A stretch of 64,000 nucleotides of DNA, from assembly GCA_950097015.1 (NCBI GenBank), contig CATNEN010000038.1, positions 28,334,001-28,398,000 on the forward strand, in the 5' to 3' direction. Source of the DNA: Macrostomum hystrix (taxonomy: Eukaryota > Animalia > Platyhelminthes). How positions within the stretch are numbered: position 1 is the stretch's first letter; each line of letters opens with the position of its first letter. The translations under genes were made by a program, and so were the position numbers. Positions 1-13,810 of the stretch are shown here, in pieces. Below the pieces are notes generated by a model. The model did not search any database. It worked only from the letters and a program-made list of their open reading frames with translations, and had not been told where the DNA came from.

Positions 1-1189
1 TTTCTGTTCGGTAGCAAGTAAAGAATATGGCTTGTATTTTTTGTAAGGATGAACAAATCAAGTGGTTTAAAGATTGAAACAACGAGAACGAGAAAGAGTC
101 ACATGACCCATACGACTCTGTTATCAGTTCAAGAAAATGTACATTGGTTTGTTCCCTTAGGGCTCACAGTCAGTAAGCCTCACGGAGCAATTAAGTGGGG
201 TAGAGGAGTGACGGGGGTAGAGTTTGCGTGGAAAGGCGCGGCACGATCGATAGTGAGGAGAGGAAGAAAGGAAAGGGAGTGAGAGGGGCAGACCAAATGG
301 ACCAATAGGAAGTTAAGAGGGATGGAAAATAAGATCGCACACAGCCAGCGTAGGGGGTGGGGGTTATCGACAGAACATCATCTTAAAGCGAAGTTAAATT
401 CATACACCAAAACAACGACATGTTAGCAACAGCTTTAGCATGAACTTCAGTTCCAAGCGCTGCTGTGCGGCAACGTGCACTTACACTGCCCTTACACTGC
501 ACTTACACTGTCAACGGTATTCTTGTATTAAACTCGAACGACTTTTCTTATTTTCAGCCAAAAAATAAAAAGAAATGTTCATATTTCTACTGACTTGAAA
601 GTAGCTTAATGGAATATTGCTGAGTGACATATCTAGTTAATATTTTTCGTATATATATATAGATAGATAGATAGAAATATAGTTTTGAATTTTAGTATAT
701 TGGATAACAAGTCTAGTTAATATAGTATCTGTGGATCAATATGACAATAAACACGGCACCTAATTTGTGACTTTTTAAAAAAGAAAATGGTGTTTTTAAT
801 GGCTGAAATGTGTCTGAATTGAAATCATTCATATTGCAAGTCATGCATGTTAGAAGTTAGTAATTAGCTGTTGTACCTAGTTTTCAACTAAGGCATCGTG
901 TAGACCCTTTTGTAGTTTTATTGTACCATCATCCACTAAAAATCTGTATATTTATTTTATTGAATCATATACTTGTAAATGTATATACTTGTCAATGGAT
1001 AACCTGTTTAACCTATTTGCCTAACCGAATGTTTCACAAAATACTCGTGTTTACCTTTACCTAGTTTGCATAGCTTTCTATCAAAGTGTGTTAGTTCTTT
1101 AAATATTTCATTTCACAGACGATAAATTTAGTCGATTAATATATGTTTATTTTTTCATCAAGCCATCTTTTATTTAACAGGGTCAAGTG

Positions 1190-1637
1190 TTAGACATGCG
1201 ATCAACTGCTAGACATTGCTGTCATCTGTGAGACATTGCTGTCATCTGTGAGATATTGCTGTCATCTGTTAGATATTGCTGTCAACTGCTAGACATTGCT
1301 GTCATCGGTTAGACATTGCTGTCATCTGTTAGATATTGCTGTCAACTGCTAGACATTGCTGTCATCTGTTAGACATTGCTGTCATCTGTTAGACATTGCG
1401 ATCAACTGCTCGACATTGCTGTCAACTGTTAGACATTGCGATCAACTGCTAGACAATGCTGTCATCTGTAAGACATTGCTGTCAATTGTAAGACATTGCT
1501 GTCATCTGTTAGACATTGCTGTCATCTGTAAGACATTGCTGTCAACTGTTAGACATTGCTGTCATCTGTTAGACATTGCTGTCAACTGTTAGACATTGCT
1601 GTCAACTGTTAGACATTGCTGTCAACTGTTAGACATT
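1190..1637. repeat. Minisatellite, 20-bp unit AGACATTGCTGTCA(T/A)CTGTT
   Basis: About 22 tandem units, in a Cav3 intron. Confidence 0.95.
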
Positions 1638-1745
1638 AGTCAAACAACTAATATCAGAACCTTTTCACTCCTAGATAACACACAAGCAGAAAAGCGATAT
1701 TTTCAGACTTTCAAACGAACACCAATGCTGTTTATTACTGTTCAG

Positions 1746-2208
1746 AAGGCTGCTCCACCATCGAAGGGTTCAGCTGACGAGGCCGCTGCAGATGATGGGG
1801 TTGAACCGGCAGCATTGGCTCAACAGACAACCTCGCTGAGTCGTAAGCGAAGGAAGCATCAAGGTGAGCAATTGATAAGCTTTATTATAAGCTTAAAAGG
1901 CAGAAAAGTGTCATTTTCGAGGTACATAAAAATCATGATATAAAAAAGTAAGGATTCAGTTAGTCGAGTCGCCACGTGACCAACACCATTCAGTTTTACT
2001 ATTGCCAAAGCAGAAGGCAGCTCCGGTCTAGCAAGCAAGCGTCAAAGGGATCGAAACGGCAACAGTTTCAACAGTAATCCAAGCAGCAGACTGCCAACTT
2101 ATGATGCAGCTATAGCGCCACCGCACCCGTCTTTGACCCTGCCACCGCCTCCGGTCATTATTCGAACCGCGGCCACTCCAGAGGGTGGCAGTCCACGTTC
2201 CACTGCAG

Positions 2209-2241
<33 letters not shown>

Positions 2242-5200
2242 CAGCAGCAGCAGTGGTAGCATCGGCAGGCATGGCTAATCCAAAGCTTGCTTTTCACTGC
2301 AGCTCGTCTAGCATAGCAACTATTGACCGGTCACTGGCTGTGAGTGATTAATCGGATTACATTAATACATCAGACTATTGCCAGAGTTTTATAATAATGC
2401 CTAGGACTCTAGTGATTTTCCAAATCATATATAATCCTCCAGACAATAAGTAGCTATTGTGTGATCTTTAAAGACGGGTTGAAAAGCGCTTAACACGATC
2501 TCGCATCTCGCACTAAAGACCCGAGCTCGATACCTTGCCGAAGTCACATTCGTTTGGGGCAGATAATGTGTGTGTACTCAGGAAAGGAGCAAGCGGAATG
2601 AGCATATTTACCCCTACATAGCTGTCTGTGGGTCTACTGCCATTTTACTTAATTAATTTCAGGGGGGCCTGGGGCACTTGACGCACAAGCGCAGGAACGG
2701 CATGCCCCCAGGCCGGCGAACTAGGCGGGAGTCGCCCATCGCGCCATCTGGACCCCTGGACTCAGGCACCTCAGACACAGCAGCAAGCCAAGCGGGGAAG
2801 GGGGCGGCAGCCGGAGTGCCTCTCACCCCAGGCCCGCACACGCACAGAGCTGACCAAACCAGGGGAGGACTTAGATGCCTGAAGGGTAGGGACGAGAGGA
2901 CCAAGCCACACGCGCAGACGGCTTGTGAAACCTCGCCGCTCAGAGCACGCATGGCTGGTGCACACCGGCCCCACCCCCCATACAGCGCCTCACTCCCGGC
3001 CCAACGCAAACACAAACAAGCAGGCATGCAGAAGGCAGGGGTTAAGCTATTTTAATTAGCTTTGGTTGCACAGAATAAGGTGCATCTCCGCAAGTCACCA
3101 CTTCGCAAACCTCCAACTAAGCCCCGAAATAATGGTGACTTGGAGGGAGAACGAACCAGCGACCATTGGAAAGTGAGGCAGCGACATTAGCCGCTGAGCC
3201 ACTCACCCCCTGTCTACTGCCATTACGAATTGTGACCTATCTTGACTTAATATGATAGTATTTTCGTTTCTTCAAAAATTATTTTCAAATTCTTTCGTCT
3301 TTCTACAAGGATGAGCAACGCTGCAGCTCCTGTATCGTTGTTGTCGGCGGAGACAACGGCGGTAGCAGCTCGAAAACTGCATCGAAGGGACAATTTGAGC
3401 AACTGTCAGGGTTTAGCTCGCCGACTCTGGATATGAGGTGAAAAAGGATTAGTGTGAAAAAATGCATGTAGTTACATACTTACTTATATGGCACGAGTTT
3501 AATATTACGAGCGTGGTTTTCAACTTCTATTTCAAACTAAGTAACTTCAATTTCGTCCGCGAGACCGGCCTGCCCAAGTTAGAGTAAATCAATTTCACAA
3601 AAAGTAACATCTATTTCGTCTCTTCAGCACAGCGATTTGTGTTTGCGTCCGCTCTGTGAAATACGGACTTTGTCCTTGCCTTCGATCTTCGCCAACGCCT
3701 CAACCGACTCCGCCTCGAGTGTCGAGAGATTTATGGCCCTGTGAATTTAGGACCCTAAAGCACAGAATCATAATAAAAAAATTCCGCTAATTGGATCGCG
3801 CCGACACTTTCACACCCAGCCGCTATTGAAGCTCCAATCTAATATTTGGAGCGACAATACGAGCTCTTGTTGTTTGTCTCCCACTTTGGTGTCTGCCTGA
3901 GACGTCAAAAATATATATTGAAAGTACAGGCTCATCATGGGCTATATTAATGTTTGAAGCCAGATGAAAAAAATGCAAGACGAAATAGAAGTTTTATTTT
4001 GTGAAATTGATTTGCTCTAACTTGCAAGGGCAGGCCGGTCTCGCGGACGAAATTGAAGTTACTTAGTTTGAAATAGAAGTTGAAAACCAATATTAATATA
4101 TAGTAATAGTAAATATTATAGTACGACCAAGTTTAAAAGCTTTATCAAACTATTCTTCATGTTTTCACGTATTATTGGTTTCTCGTCTACAATGTCCCAT
4201 TAAGTTTCAACTTAATTGTCTTGCTATTAGTACTCGTATGTATGAAGCAATTTACGCCTATAACTCATGTAATACTCGTATATAGTAGAATTTTCGTTGT
4301 ATGTGCGTGCGTGTCAAAGTGTGATATGTTTTGAGTACGCCACGTCGACAAAAATGCTCACAAATATTTTTTGTAAGGAGTTCTCGTGTTTAAAGCTTGG
4401 AATTGGTTGAAGGAGAAAATCGAGAACGTTTGACTTAGACGCTCGAACTTTAAATCTCACCACAATGTTCTTTTTCTTCAATGCGCCCCCTAAAAGTGCA
4501 AGCTTCTTGAAAAACTCCTCAAGCAGCTTTGGCGATAGCCTCAGACAAGGTCACCGTAGCAGCAGCATCAGCAGCGTCAGCAGCGGCAGCAGCAGCAGCA
4601 TAGATAGCGCTGACAGCGTACAGCACCTACTGCAGCTACCAGCTTGCCGTAGCAACGGCCAGCCCATGGAGCAGATGATTGTGTATTTTAGGCGTCACAC
4701 TGTCAGGTAGCAGCCGGTTTTTAATAAGAGTTCGTGAATTTTAATTTAGTTGAAGCACAATTTAATCATCATAAATGATTCAGTTGTTTGTCATTCGAGT
4801 GTCTTAGTGTATTTGTTTGTCTCACGTCACCGAAATCGCATCGTCGATGTGGTTCAGGGTGTGTATACTGTACGAACACTATAGCGTCTAGTATAAATAG
4901 ATTTCATCAGTCACATTTCCAACACTTTATGTGATTTTGTTTTTCCTGCCAGAAAAAAAACAAATAACACACAATAACAAACATAATTCAGATGCATTTG
5001 TCAATCCAACGCAGTTGAAATTCGATTTAGGATGATCGACGAGAATGCGACTTGAAACCTCGTAGATACTACGCTCGTATTTTCTAGCAAACAGCTAGCC
5101 AAAATTCTAAACAATGAAGCTCGATGCGATGGAGAACAAATATTTTAAGCTTTAGCTGTTATGTGTTTGTGACTTTGTGTCTCATTTTGTCTGTCCTTTC

Positions 5201-8200
5201 AATCAGATTTTTGTGGAATTTTTTCATGATAGAATTTTTTAAATTTAATTTAACCTACGAGCTAAAAGTACATGTGGCTTTCGCTGTAAATAGTGATGTG
5301 ATTTAATAAATTGTATGTATTGCGCCTGAGCTTATTCATGACGCAAAATCATTAACTCATCGATGAGTGATGAGTGTATTAAAGCAGACAAGAACAAGCT
5401 TTATCCATTTCAGCGGCTGCAACGGTCACCTGACTGCATCCCGTCACCAGTCTGACGTTAAAAACTGTCGAGGTCCATTTCTCTTGTCAAGAATCGATCG
5501 CCTCGACGTCGATATTAAAGACGACGAAGATGATGACGAAAATGGCAACCAGAAGGATGACGATGGCGGTGGCAGTTTCAGTAGCAACAGATCGCAGTTG
5601 GGCAGTCGACGTGCTGTCGAAGCTAAATGTGACGGCGATAGCGACAATGGACGCGGGCAGAGCGGTGACTCGGCAGTGGAGGAGCTAAGGAGCAATGCCA
5701 GCACAGAAGATGATCTGGTAAGACTATTCGTTAATTAGCAACGCAAATTGCTTTTCCAATTCCAATTCCAACGCAAATTGCGTCACTTTTCCTGTAAAAC
5801 ACTTGCTAATTTCAGCAACTGAAGTGGCTCAGCAAGTACATTGTACCAAACAGTGGCTGTTTTCGTGATCGCGACGACTACTCGCTGTATATATTCAGCT
5901 CCGATAACAGGTTTGTTATTGGTTTTCAACTTCTATTTCAAACTAAGTAACTTCAATTTCGTCCGCGAGACCGGCCTGCCCAAGTTAGGGTAAATAAATT
6001 GCACAAAAAGTAACTTCTATTTCGTCTCTTCAGCACAGCGATTTGTGTTTGCGTCCACTCTGTGAAATATGGACTTAATCTTTGCCTTTGATCTTCGCCG
6101 ACGCCTCCACCGACTGCGCCGCAACGCAATTATAATAATTCTTTCGAGTGTCGAGAGATTTATGGCCCTCTGAAATTATGACCCTTTAGCGCAGAATCAT
6201 TATAAAAAACCAGCTAATTGGATAGCGTTGACACTTTCACATCCAGCCGCTCTTGAAGCTCCAATCTAATTTTTGGAGCGACAATACGAGCTCTTGTTGT
6301 TGTTTGTCTCCCACTTTGGTGTCTTGCCTGAGACGTCAAAAATATATATTGAAAGTACAGGCCCATCATGGCCTATATTAATGTTTGAAGCCGGATGAAA
6401 AAAATGCAAGACGAAATTGAAGTTTTATTTTGTGAAATTGATTTGCTCTAACTTGCTAGGGCAGGCCGTTCTCGCGGACGAAATTGAAGTTACTAACGCC
6501 AGCCGGAGAGCCGACGGGCGAAACAGAAGTTACTTAGTTTGAAATAGAAGTTGAAAACCAATATTTATCGGATTACATATCATGGGGAACAGTGCGAAAT
6601 ATCTTTATTGAATTTTAATCTACTACTTTTAATACTGCAGTTTAGTTTGTCATATTCTTAAAATCACGATTTCTTTCAAATGAATGGTGCTGTAGGTTCC
6701 GCTCACTGTGCAAGAGGATAACAACGCAGCGCTGGTTTGACTACACTGTACTTTTCTTTATTGCTCTAAACTGCATTACTCTGGCCATGGAGAGGCCTTC
6801 AATACCGCAGGAGAGTAATGTGAGTATGCCTGGTGTTACTAATCAGGATTTTAGAAAACAATTGCTCGCAAATGAAAACACAAATAATTATTTTGCAAAT
6901 CACTTTTCAGGAGCGCCGTTTCTTAAGCCTCAGCAACAACATTTTCACCTTCATATTTACGGTTGAGATGCTTATCAAACTAGTATCCCATGGCCTCATA
7001 ATTGGTCCACACACTTACCTGCGTAGCGGCTGGAACATAATGGATGGAGCTCTTGTATTTGTTTCACTGATCGATATCATTGTCATACTACTTATGGGCA
7101 GTACTAGCCGCATATTTGGCATTCTAAGAGTTTTCCGATTGCTGCGAACGCTACGACCACTGCGAGTTATAAGCAGAGCGCCTGGACTCAAACTGGTGGT
7201 GCAAACGTTGTTATCCTCCCTTCGGCCAATAGGAAATATAGTTCTTATCTGCTGCACCTTCTTCATCATTTTCGGGATCCTTGGAGTACAACTGTTCAAA
7301 GGAAAGTTCTTCTATTGCAAAGGGCCTGATGTGGATGGCATCAGAAACAAGACTGCCTGCTTAGCTGACAAGCGCAATTCTTGGGAGAGGCACAAGTACA
7401 ATTTCGACAATCTGGGACAGGCCCTCATGTCCCTGTTTGTGCTGTCTTCAAAGGATGGCTGGGTTCAAATCATGTACACCGGGTTGGACGCTGTGGGTGT
7501 TGATCAGCAGCCAATCGAGAACCATAACGAATGGCTGCTCCTGTACTTTATCTCATTCCTACTGCTAGTTGGCTTCTTCGTGCTCAATATGTTCGTCGGC
7601 GTTGTGGTTGAGAACTTTCACAAATGCCGCGCCAGCCAAGAAAAAGAGGAGAAGGCGCGACGGGCTGCGAAGCGGGCCAGAAGAATGGAGAAAAAGCGAA
7701 GGCGTAAGTCGGATGGTGGCCGCGGTGGGATACTAAACTCATCAGTTCTTAGCATTGTTTTGTCTTTCATTTTTTCATTTTTCATTTCATTTTTTAGGCA
7801 TTCGCGAAGCACCCTATTGGTCAGGATACTCACCTACCCGTCTTACGATGCATCGTTTTGTGGAGAGCAAATACTTTGATCTAATAATCGCCACAATAAT
7901 TGGCGTCAATGTCATCACCATGGCGATGGAATTCTACATGATGCCGCCCGTCAGCAATACATTTTAATTGTTTAATTCCTTATGTGAAAATTTTAGACAA
8001 AATTTACAAAATGCATCAATTAATGACCTACATTTGCAGGAGTTTGAATTAGGCCTCAAGATAACAAACTATGCGTTCTCGACTGTCTTTGTAATTGAAG
8101 CACTATTGAAAATCTTTGCCCTGGGATTAAAGCGTTATCTAAAAGATCGGTAATAAGCCCACCATTTTTATCAGAAGTATCGAGTGCTTTGTTATTCACG

Positions 8201-10644
8201 TTTCTATAGCAACAACTAGTAGCTATGCCTGTCCACTGCAGGTGGAATCAGCTTGATGTTCTCATTGTGGCGCTGTCCATAGCTGGCATTCTGCTCGAGG
8301 AGTGGCACTCCAATGCAATGCCCATTAATCCAACGATAATCCGCGTCATGCGAGTTCTCCGTATAGCCAGAGGTAAACATACAGTCACCCTGATCCTATC
8401 AGAGCTGCAATGACTCACTTTAAAATTCGCGTCGAATTTTAGTTCTAAAACTGCTGAAAATGGCCAAAGGTATTCGAGCCCTGTTGGACACGGTCATCCA
8501 GGCTCTGCCTCAGGTTGGAAACCTGGGCCTGTTGTTCTTCCTGCTGTTCTTTATCTTTGCTGCGTTGGGAGTGGAGCTCTTTGGGAGGCTTGGTGAGTTT
8601 GACAGCATCAATGGTTTTTATTTGTATTTACTCTTAAATTGTTAGGATTGTTCGTGATTGTGCTAATGACGCATGTCTCACCTGTTGCAACCAAAGTTGC
8701 GACCACTGTATAGAGTATAGACCACTATGGTGAATCTGTATATTTGTTTAATCATATAGAAATTAGCAATATAATGAATACACCATCAATCATCAACATT
8801 AAAAGCCAACATGTGGACTGGATGAAATTTTTTGAGCAAAAAATATTGCCTGCATTTGTGGTTTTTCAGATACAAATTTTAGCCTGTTTTCTGGATACAG
8901 GACTACGTTTAAGCTTTTATGGCTTTCAAAATCTAAATTTTATTGCTTTCATTTGAACATTTGAACAACCCCAGAATGCTCACTGGACAACCCGTGCGTC
9001 GGTCTGAGCAGGCATGCTCACTTTGAAAACTTTGGCATGGCCTTTCTGACCCTATTTCGGATTGCAACCGGCGACAACTGGAACGGCATTATGAAGGACA
9101 CTCTACGAGAAAAGTGCGATCCCAGCGATCAGTGCGTTAAGAACTGTTGCGTATCGCCAATCATTGCGCCAATCTACTTCGTGGTGTTTGTGCTGATGGC
9201 CCAGTTTGTGCTGGTGAATGTTGTAGTCGCTGTGCTCATGAAACATTTAGAGGTGAGTAAATTATCAGTTATGCCACCCCTAGATAGTTCAATTAAGTTT
9301 GTTAGTTTTTATTGTAAAACGCTCAAGCGTGCAGAAACGCCAATGTCTATGGTAAAATCCTATAGTCAATCTATTTAAAAAGCTTGCTGATAAAAAACGT
9401 GCAGATAATAGATGTCTATGGCAAAAATTAAAAATGGTTTGTCAGTGCGTATATTTTAACAATATTTCCATCAAGTCTTTTCAAGCCCTCGTCAAGTTGA
9501 AAAATTATAGCCGCATGCCACCCTTACATATTGTCCCAACGATGGGAAAATTATCCCACATACATGTCAATTTATCTCCCACTAGGCAAATTTTCGCACC
9601 GGTTAAAAATTTATCCCACACTTGATAAATTAACTATTTTGACAGATTATTCTTTAGATGCAAGAATTCCCCCTTCAAATTATTAAACAATCTGACAAAA
9701 AGCACACTAAAAATATGCTTATTTGATAAATTATCACACGGGATGGCGACGAGATCGCCTAGGTAATTTTTGAAAATTTGCTGAACTAAACCTCTTATTG
9801 ACCAACAAACCTGTTGCCTTTATTAGAACAATGGTAAGCTAGCTAGAAAAGTACAATTTTCCAAGCTGAAACTTCGTTCTGTTAAAAAAATGCAACGCAG
9901 GAGTCGCACAAGATGATGTCTGACGACGATGAGTTGGAGAAGGAGATTCGGCGAGAACTAGAAGAGGAACTGCGAGAGCAGCAGAGGCAGCGCGAGCTCA
10001 GTGAGAGGCGAGATAATGAGGTTGGCCTTTTTTGACGTTTTCTAGTATCAAAACTGTTTGTCTGTTTTAAAGAACAATAAATTTTTAATTTTTGACTTTG
10101 ATTTGGCGCATCATTTGGAGACACTAGACCCGCAGCCAGCCGAGAGGCATTTCTCCACATTCCGCTGACTCCTGAGCACACACTCACACAGGTATGTACA
10201 CTTACCCTGACATTCTCATCGTCAGGGAGTTTACACCTTCACTGTCCTTGGAGGTTGGCCCTAAACGGTGTAAATTGCTCGACAATCCCGAAGCCCTCTT
10301 TCCTCTCGGGGACATTGTTGCGAGAGGCAAAGGCGTTAGACCGCTCTACGATTCATCCCAATAATCTGCAAAGTTCAGTTGTTTTTTTTCAACAGACAAC
10401 CGACGAAAACACACCCGATGCAAAGAGCACTTTACAATGCGACGCGCCTGTACCGGCTGAGTCGTTCCTGCTCACCCAGTCTTTTCCTCCGCCGGAAGAA
10501 GTTTCGGCAGCCACTGCGCTCCCGGCTGGGGACGGGCAAGAGTCCTTGGACGTCCAGCCATCAGCGGCGCCCTCTACTGGCTCGATCAGCCGCGATGAAG
10601 AGGAGCCAGCTAGAAACTTTACTCAAAAACTAAAATTCACCTGA
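1746..10644 (+). CDS. Cav3: Voltage-gated T-type calcium channel alpha-1 subunit (Cav3; CACNA1G/H/I-like), 3' part: II-III linker, domains III and IV, C-terminus. The 5' part lies upstream of the window.
   Basis: Exons joined in frame at GT-AG sites: 1746-1863, ~2011-2339, 3310-3437, 4497-4706, 5414-5717, 5816-5910, 6696-6819, 6911-7703, 7798-7949, 8040-8149, 8242-8372, 8443-8592, 8975-9252, 9901-10020, 10396-10644(stop). S4 segments [16 protein letters not shown] and [18 protein letters not shown]. Pore loops VLSSKDGW (III) and IATGDNW (IV) give the D,D of the T-type EEDD filter. Cav3 linker motifs [10 protein letters not shown] and [13 protein letters not shown]. The linker exons (1746-4706) are less certain. 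Confidence 0.95.
2645..3211 (-). mobile_element. tRNA-derived SINE (family C), ~570 bp, with 13-bp TSD
   Basis: The minus strand starts GGGGGTGAGTGGCTCAGCGG...GGTTCGTTCTCC (Pol III A and B boxes). The direct repeat GTCTACTGCCATT flanks it at 2632-2644 and 3212-3224. GC-rich body. Confidence 0.75.
3514..4090. mobile_element. MITE with ~100-bp imperfect terminal inverted repeats (copy 1)
   Basis: Starts TGGTTTTCAACTTCTATTTCAAACTAAGTAACTTC and ends GAAGTTACTTAGTTTGAAATAGAAGTTGAAAACCA. Near-identical to 5919-6561. Non-coding. Confidence 0.9.
5919..6561. mobile_element. MITE copy 2 with TA target-site duplication (Tc1/mariner-like)
   Basis: TA|TTGGTTTTCAAC...GTTGAAAACCAA|TA. Inserted 8 bp into a Cav3 intron. 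Carries an extra ~38 bp in the right TIR. Confidence 0.9.
10100..10352 (-). mobile_element. tRNA-derived SINE family A, degenerate copy
   Basis: Shares GACACTAGACCCGCAGCCAGC...CCTTGGAGGTTGGCCCT with the other family A copies. Confidence 0.8.
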
Positions 10645-10957
10645 CACCTTAAATGACCCAAAAAAAGACCCCTAACAATGAGACAAACACAGTGAAGTTT
10701 CTTATTTCCAATAGCCTTCCTGTTCTCGTGTGTACCTCAAGTCAAAACTTAATTCGGACAATCTTAATGAAATATTAAATTGTTTGACTACTTGTCCCTC
10801 TAAATTAAAAAAATATGCTTCTCCGCTATATCTGCTGACTACAGCAGCTACTGTTTCAGTGTTGTGTACTCGATTGTCTGATTTTCACTGAACTGGTTGA
10901 TTTTCGTATCGTTTTTGTCACTAAGTAGAATATTGCTAAGATTATGTTGTGTTCTTA

Positions 10958-12706
10958 CTGACTCTCGTGTCTCTTAACCACTGACTCTCGTGTCTCTTAG
11001 CCACTGACTCTCGTGTCTCTCACCCACTGACTCTCGTGTCACTCACCCACTGACTCTCGTGTCACTCACCCACTGACTCTCGTGTCTCTTAACCACTGAC
11101 TCTCGTGTCACTCACCCACTGACTCTCGTGTCTCTCACCCACTGACTCTCGTGTCTCTTAACCACAGACTCTCGTGTCTCTCACCCACTGACTCTCGTGT
11201 CTCTCACCCACTGACTCTCGTGTCTCTCACCCACTGACTCTCGTGTCTCTCACCCACTGACTCTCGTGTCTCTCACCCACTGACTCTCGTGTCTCTCTCC
11301 CACTGACTCTCGTGTCTCTTAACCACTGACTCTCGTGTCTCTTAACCACTGACTCTCGTGTCTCTCACCCACTGACTCTCGTGTCTCTCACCCACTGACT
11401 CTCGTGTCTCTCACCCACTGACTCTCGTGTCTCTCTCCCACTGACTCTCGTGTCTCTTAACCACTGACTCTCGTGTCTCTTAACCACTGACTCTCGTGTC
11501 TCTCACCCACTGACTCTCGTGTCTCTCACCCACTGACTCTCGTGTCTCTCTCCCACTGACTCTCGTGTCTCTTAACCACTGACTCTCGTGTCTCTTAACC
11601 ACTGACTCTCGTGTCTCTTAACCACTGACTCTCGTGTCACTCACCCACTGACTCTCGTGTCACTCACCCACTGACTCTCGTGTCACTCACCCACTGACTC
11701 TCGTGTCACTCACCCACTGACTCTCGTGTCACTCACCCACTGACTCTCGTGTCACTCACCCACTGACTCTCGTGTCACTCACCCACTGACTCTCGTGTCA
11801 CTCACCCACTGACTCTCGTGTCACTCACCCACTGACTCTCGTGTCACTCACCCACTGACTCTCGTGTCTCTTAACCACTGACTCTCGTGTCTCTTAACCA
11901 CTGACTCTCGTGTCTCTTAACCACTGACTCTCGTGTCTCTTAACCACTGACTCTCGTGTCTCTCACCCACAGACTCTCGTATCTCTCACCCACTGACTCT
12001 CGTGTCTCTTAATCACTGACTCTCGTGTCTCTCACCCACTGACTCTCGTGTCTCTCACCCACTGACTCTCGTGTCTCTTAATCACTGACTCTCGTATCTC
12101 TCACCCACTGACTCTCGTGTCTCTCACCCACTGACTCTCGTGTCACTCACCCACTGACTCTCGTGTCTCTCACCCACTGACTCTCGTGTCTCTCACCCAC
12201 TGACTCTCGTGTCACTCACCCACTGACTCTCGTGTCTCTCACCCACTGACTCTCGTGTCACTCACCCACTGACTCTCGTATCTCTCACCCACTGACTCTC
12301 GTGTCTCTCACCCACTGACTCTCGTGTCACTCACCCACTGACTCTCGTGTCACTCACCCACTGACTCTCGTGTCACTCACCCACTGACTCTCGTGTCTCT
12401 CACCCACTGACTCTCGTGTCTCTCACCCACTGACTCTCGTGTCACTCAACCACTGACTCTCGTATCTCTCACCCACTGACTCTCGTGTCTCTCACCCACT
12501 GACTCTCGTGTCACTCACCCACTGACTCTCGTATCTCTCACCCACTGACTCTCGTGTCTCTCACCCACTGACTCTCGTGTCTCTCACCCACTGACTCTCG
12601 TGTCTCTCACCCACTGACTCTCGTGTCTCTCACCCACTGACTCTCGTGTCTCTCACACACTGACTCTCGTGTCTCTCACCCACTGACTCTCGTGTCTCTC
12701 ACCCAG
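10958..12706. repeat. Minisatellite, 23-bp unit CTGACTCTCGTGTCTCTCACCCA (variants TTAA/TCAC)
   Basis: About 75 tandem units between two convergent genes. Confidence 0.97.
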
Positions 12707-13810
12707 ATTGTCCTTATCAGTACATTGGCGATTTCATTATTTTCATGCTTGTGGATATCAATAACACACGTCCTATCTGTTAATTGATGGCATTTAGCGA
12801 CTGGAACAATCTAGATGTATATCGATCGTGTTTAAATGAGTAATATTAACAAAAAGTAAATGCACTTTTTTATTTTGTTCGCCAGAAAACTACATATCAT
12901 CATTAGTCAAATGGAACTCTTAAAGTCTTATTGATCACAAACACTTGTAGTAGCAATGCTTGACAAAAGAGATTTATTTGGTTTTGTTTGAAAAAATACA
13001 GTTTTCAATTGTGAAACATTCAAGAAGTTGTTCTTTCTCATAATAGTTTAGTAACTCTTATTATCTGCGCATATTGTCGAATCAGGCAATGTACTTCTTC
13101 TTTTTCTATATGAATGTCATTCCACATTTTAATATAAATGAACCTGTTTAAAAGTTGCACACATCATTTGTTCACGCTGTCACGTTTAAGTTGACGGATA
13201 CGAGCTAAATAAGCAGTAAAAATAAGCAAAAAGTTAAACTTAAAATAAAGCAATGTATCTGCCTGAAAAACTTTTTGTTGACTTACTTTTTGCATTTGTT
13301 TACTTGCTGTTCAAACTTTAACTAATTATTTTCATGGTTGCGTGAAATCTGAACTCGGTTTAGAGTCCGCAAAAGGTTTAATAAGTACCTTAATGAAATG
13401 AAAGAAGTTAGGCAACCCGCCCAATTAACAAAATCGCTTGTCAATCAAGGCAAGGAAACGAAAAACGGTGAAATATTGAGATGGTAACTTTAGTATTTAA
13501 TTCATTTGAAACAATACTGAAGCGATTTAAAAGTTGCTAGTTTCAATCAAGCAATAAGTTTAACAAAAAAAATTTTAACTCTGATTTAAAAATCACGATT
13601 TCGCTTATTCTCTGACGCCAAAACACTTGTTCTCAAGTTTCTTCTTGAGATTCAATCCAAATCAATAGATTTTCAAGCAACAGTTCACAAATTCCAACCG
13701 AAACAAAAAACTCCGAGAATAGTTGTTCTACGCAAAGCATGTCAATGAGTACGTTCTTAAGCATTCTGAAAATCAGACGTATACTTTTTCGACCTTCTCG
13801 TCACTCGTCG

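Noticed and set aside
190-330. Purine-rich CCAAT-containing tract loosely similar (reverse complement) to 16800-16910
   Set aside because: The similarity is low-complexity and too weak to call an element.
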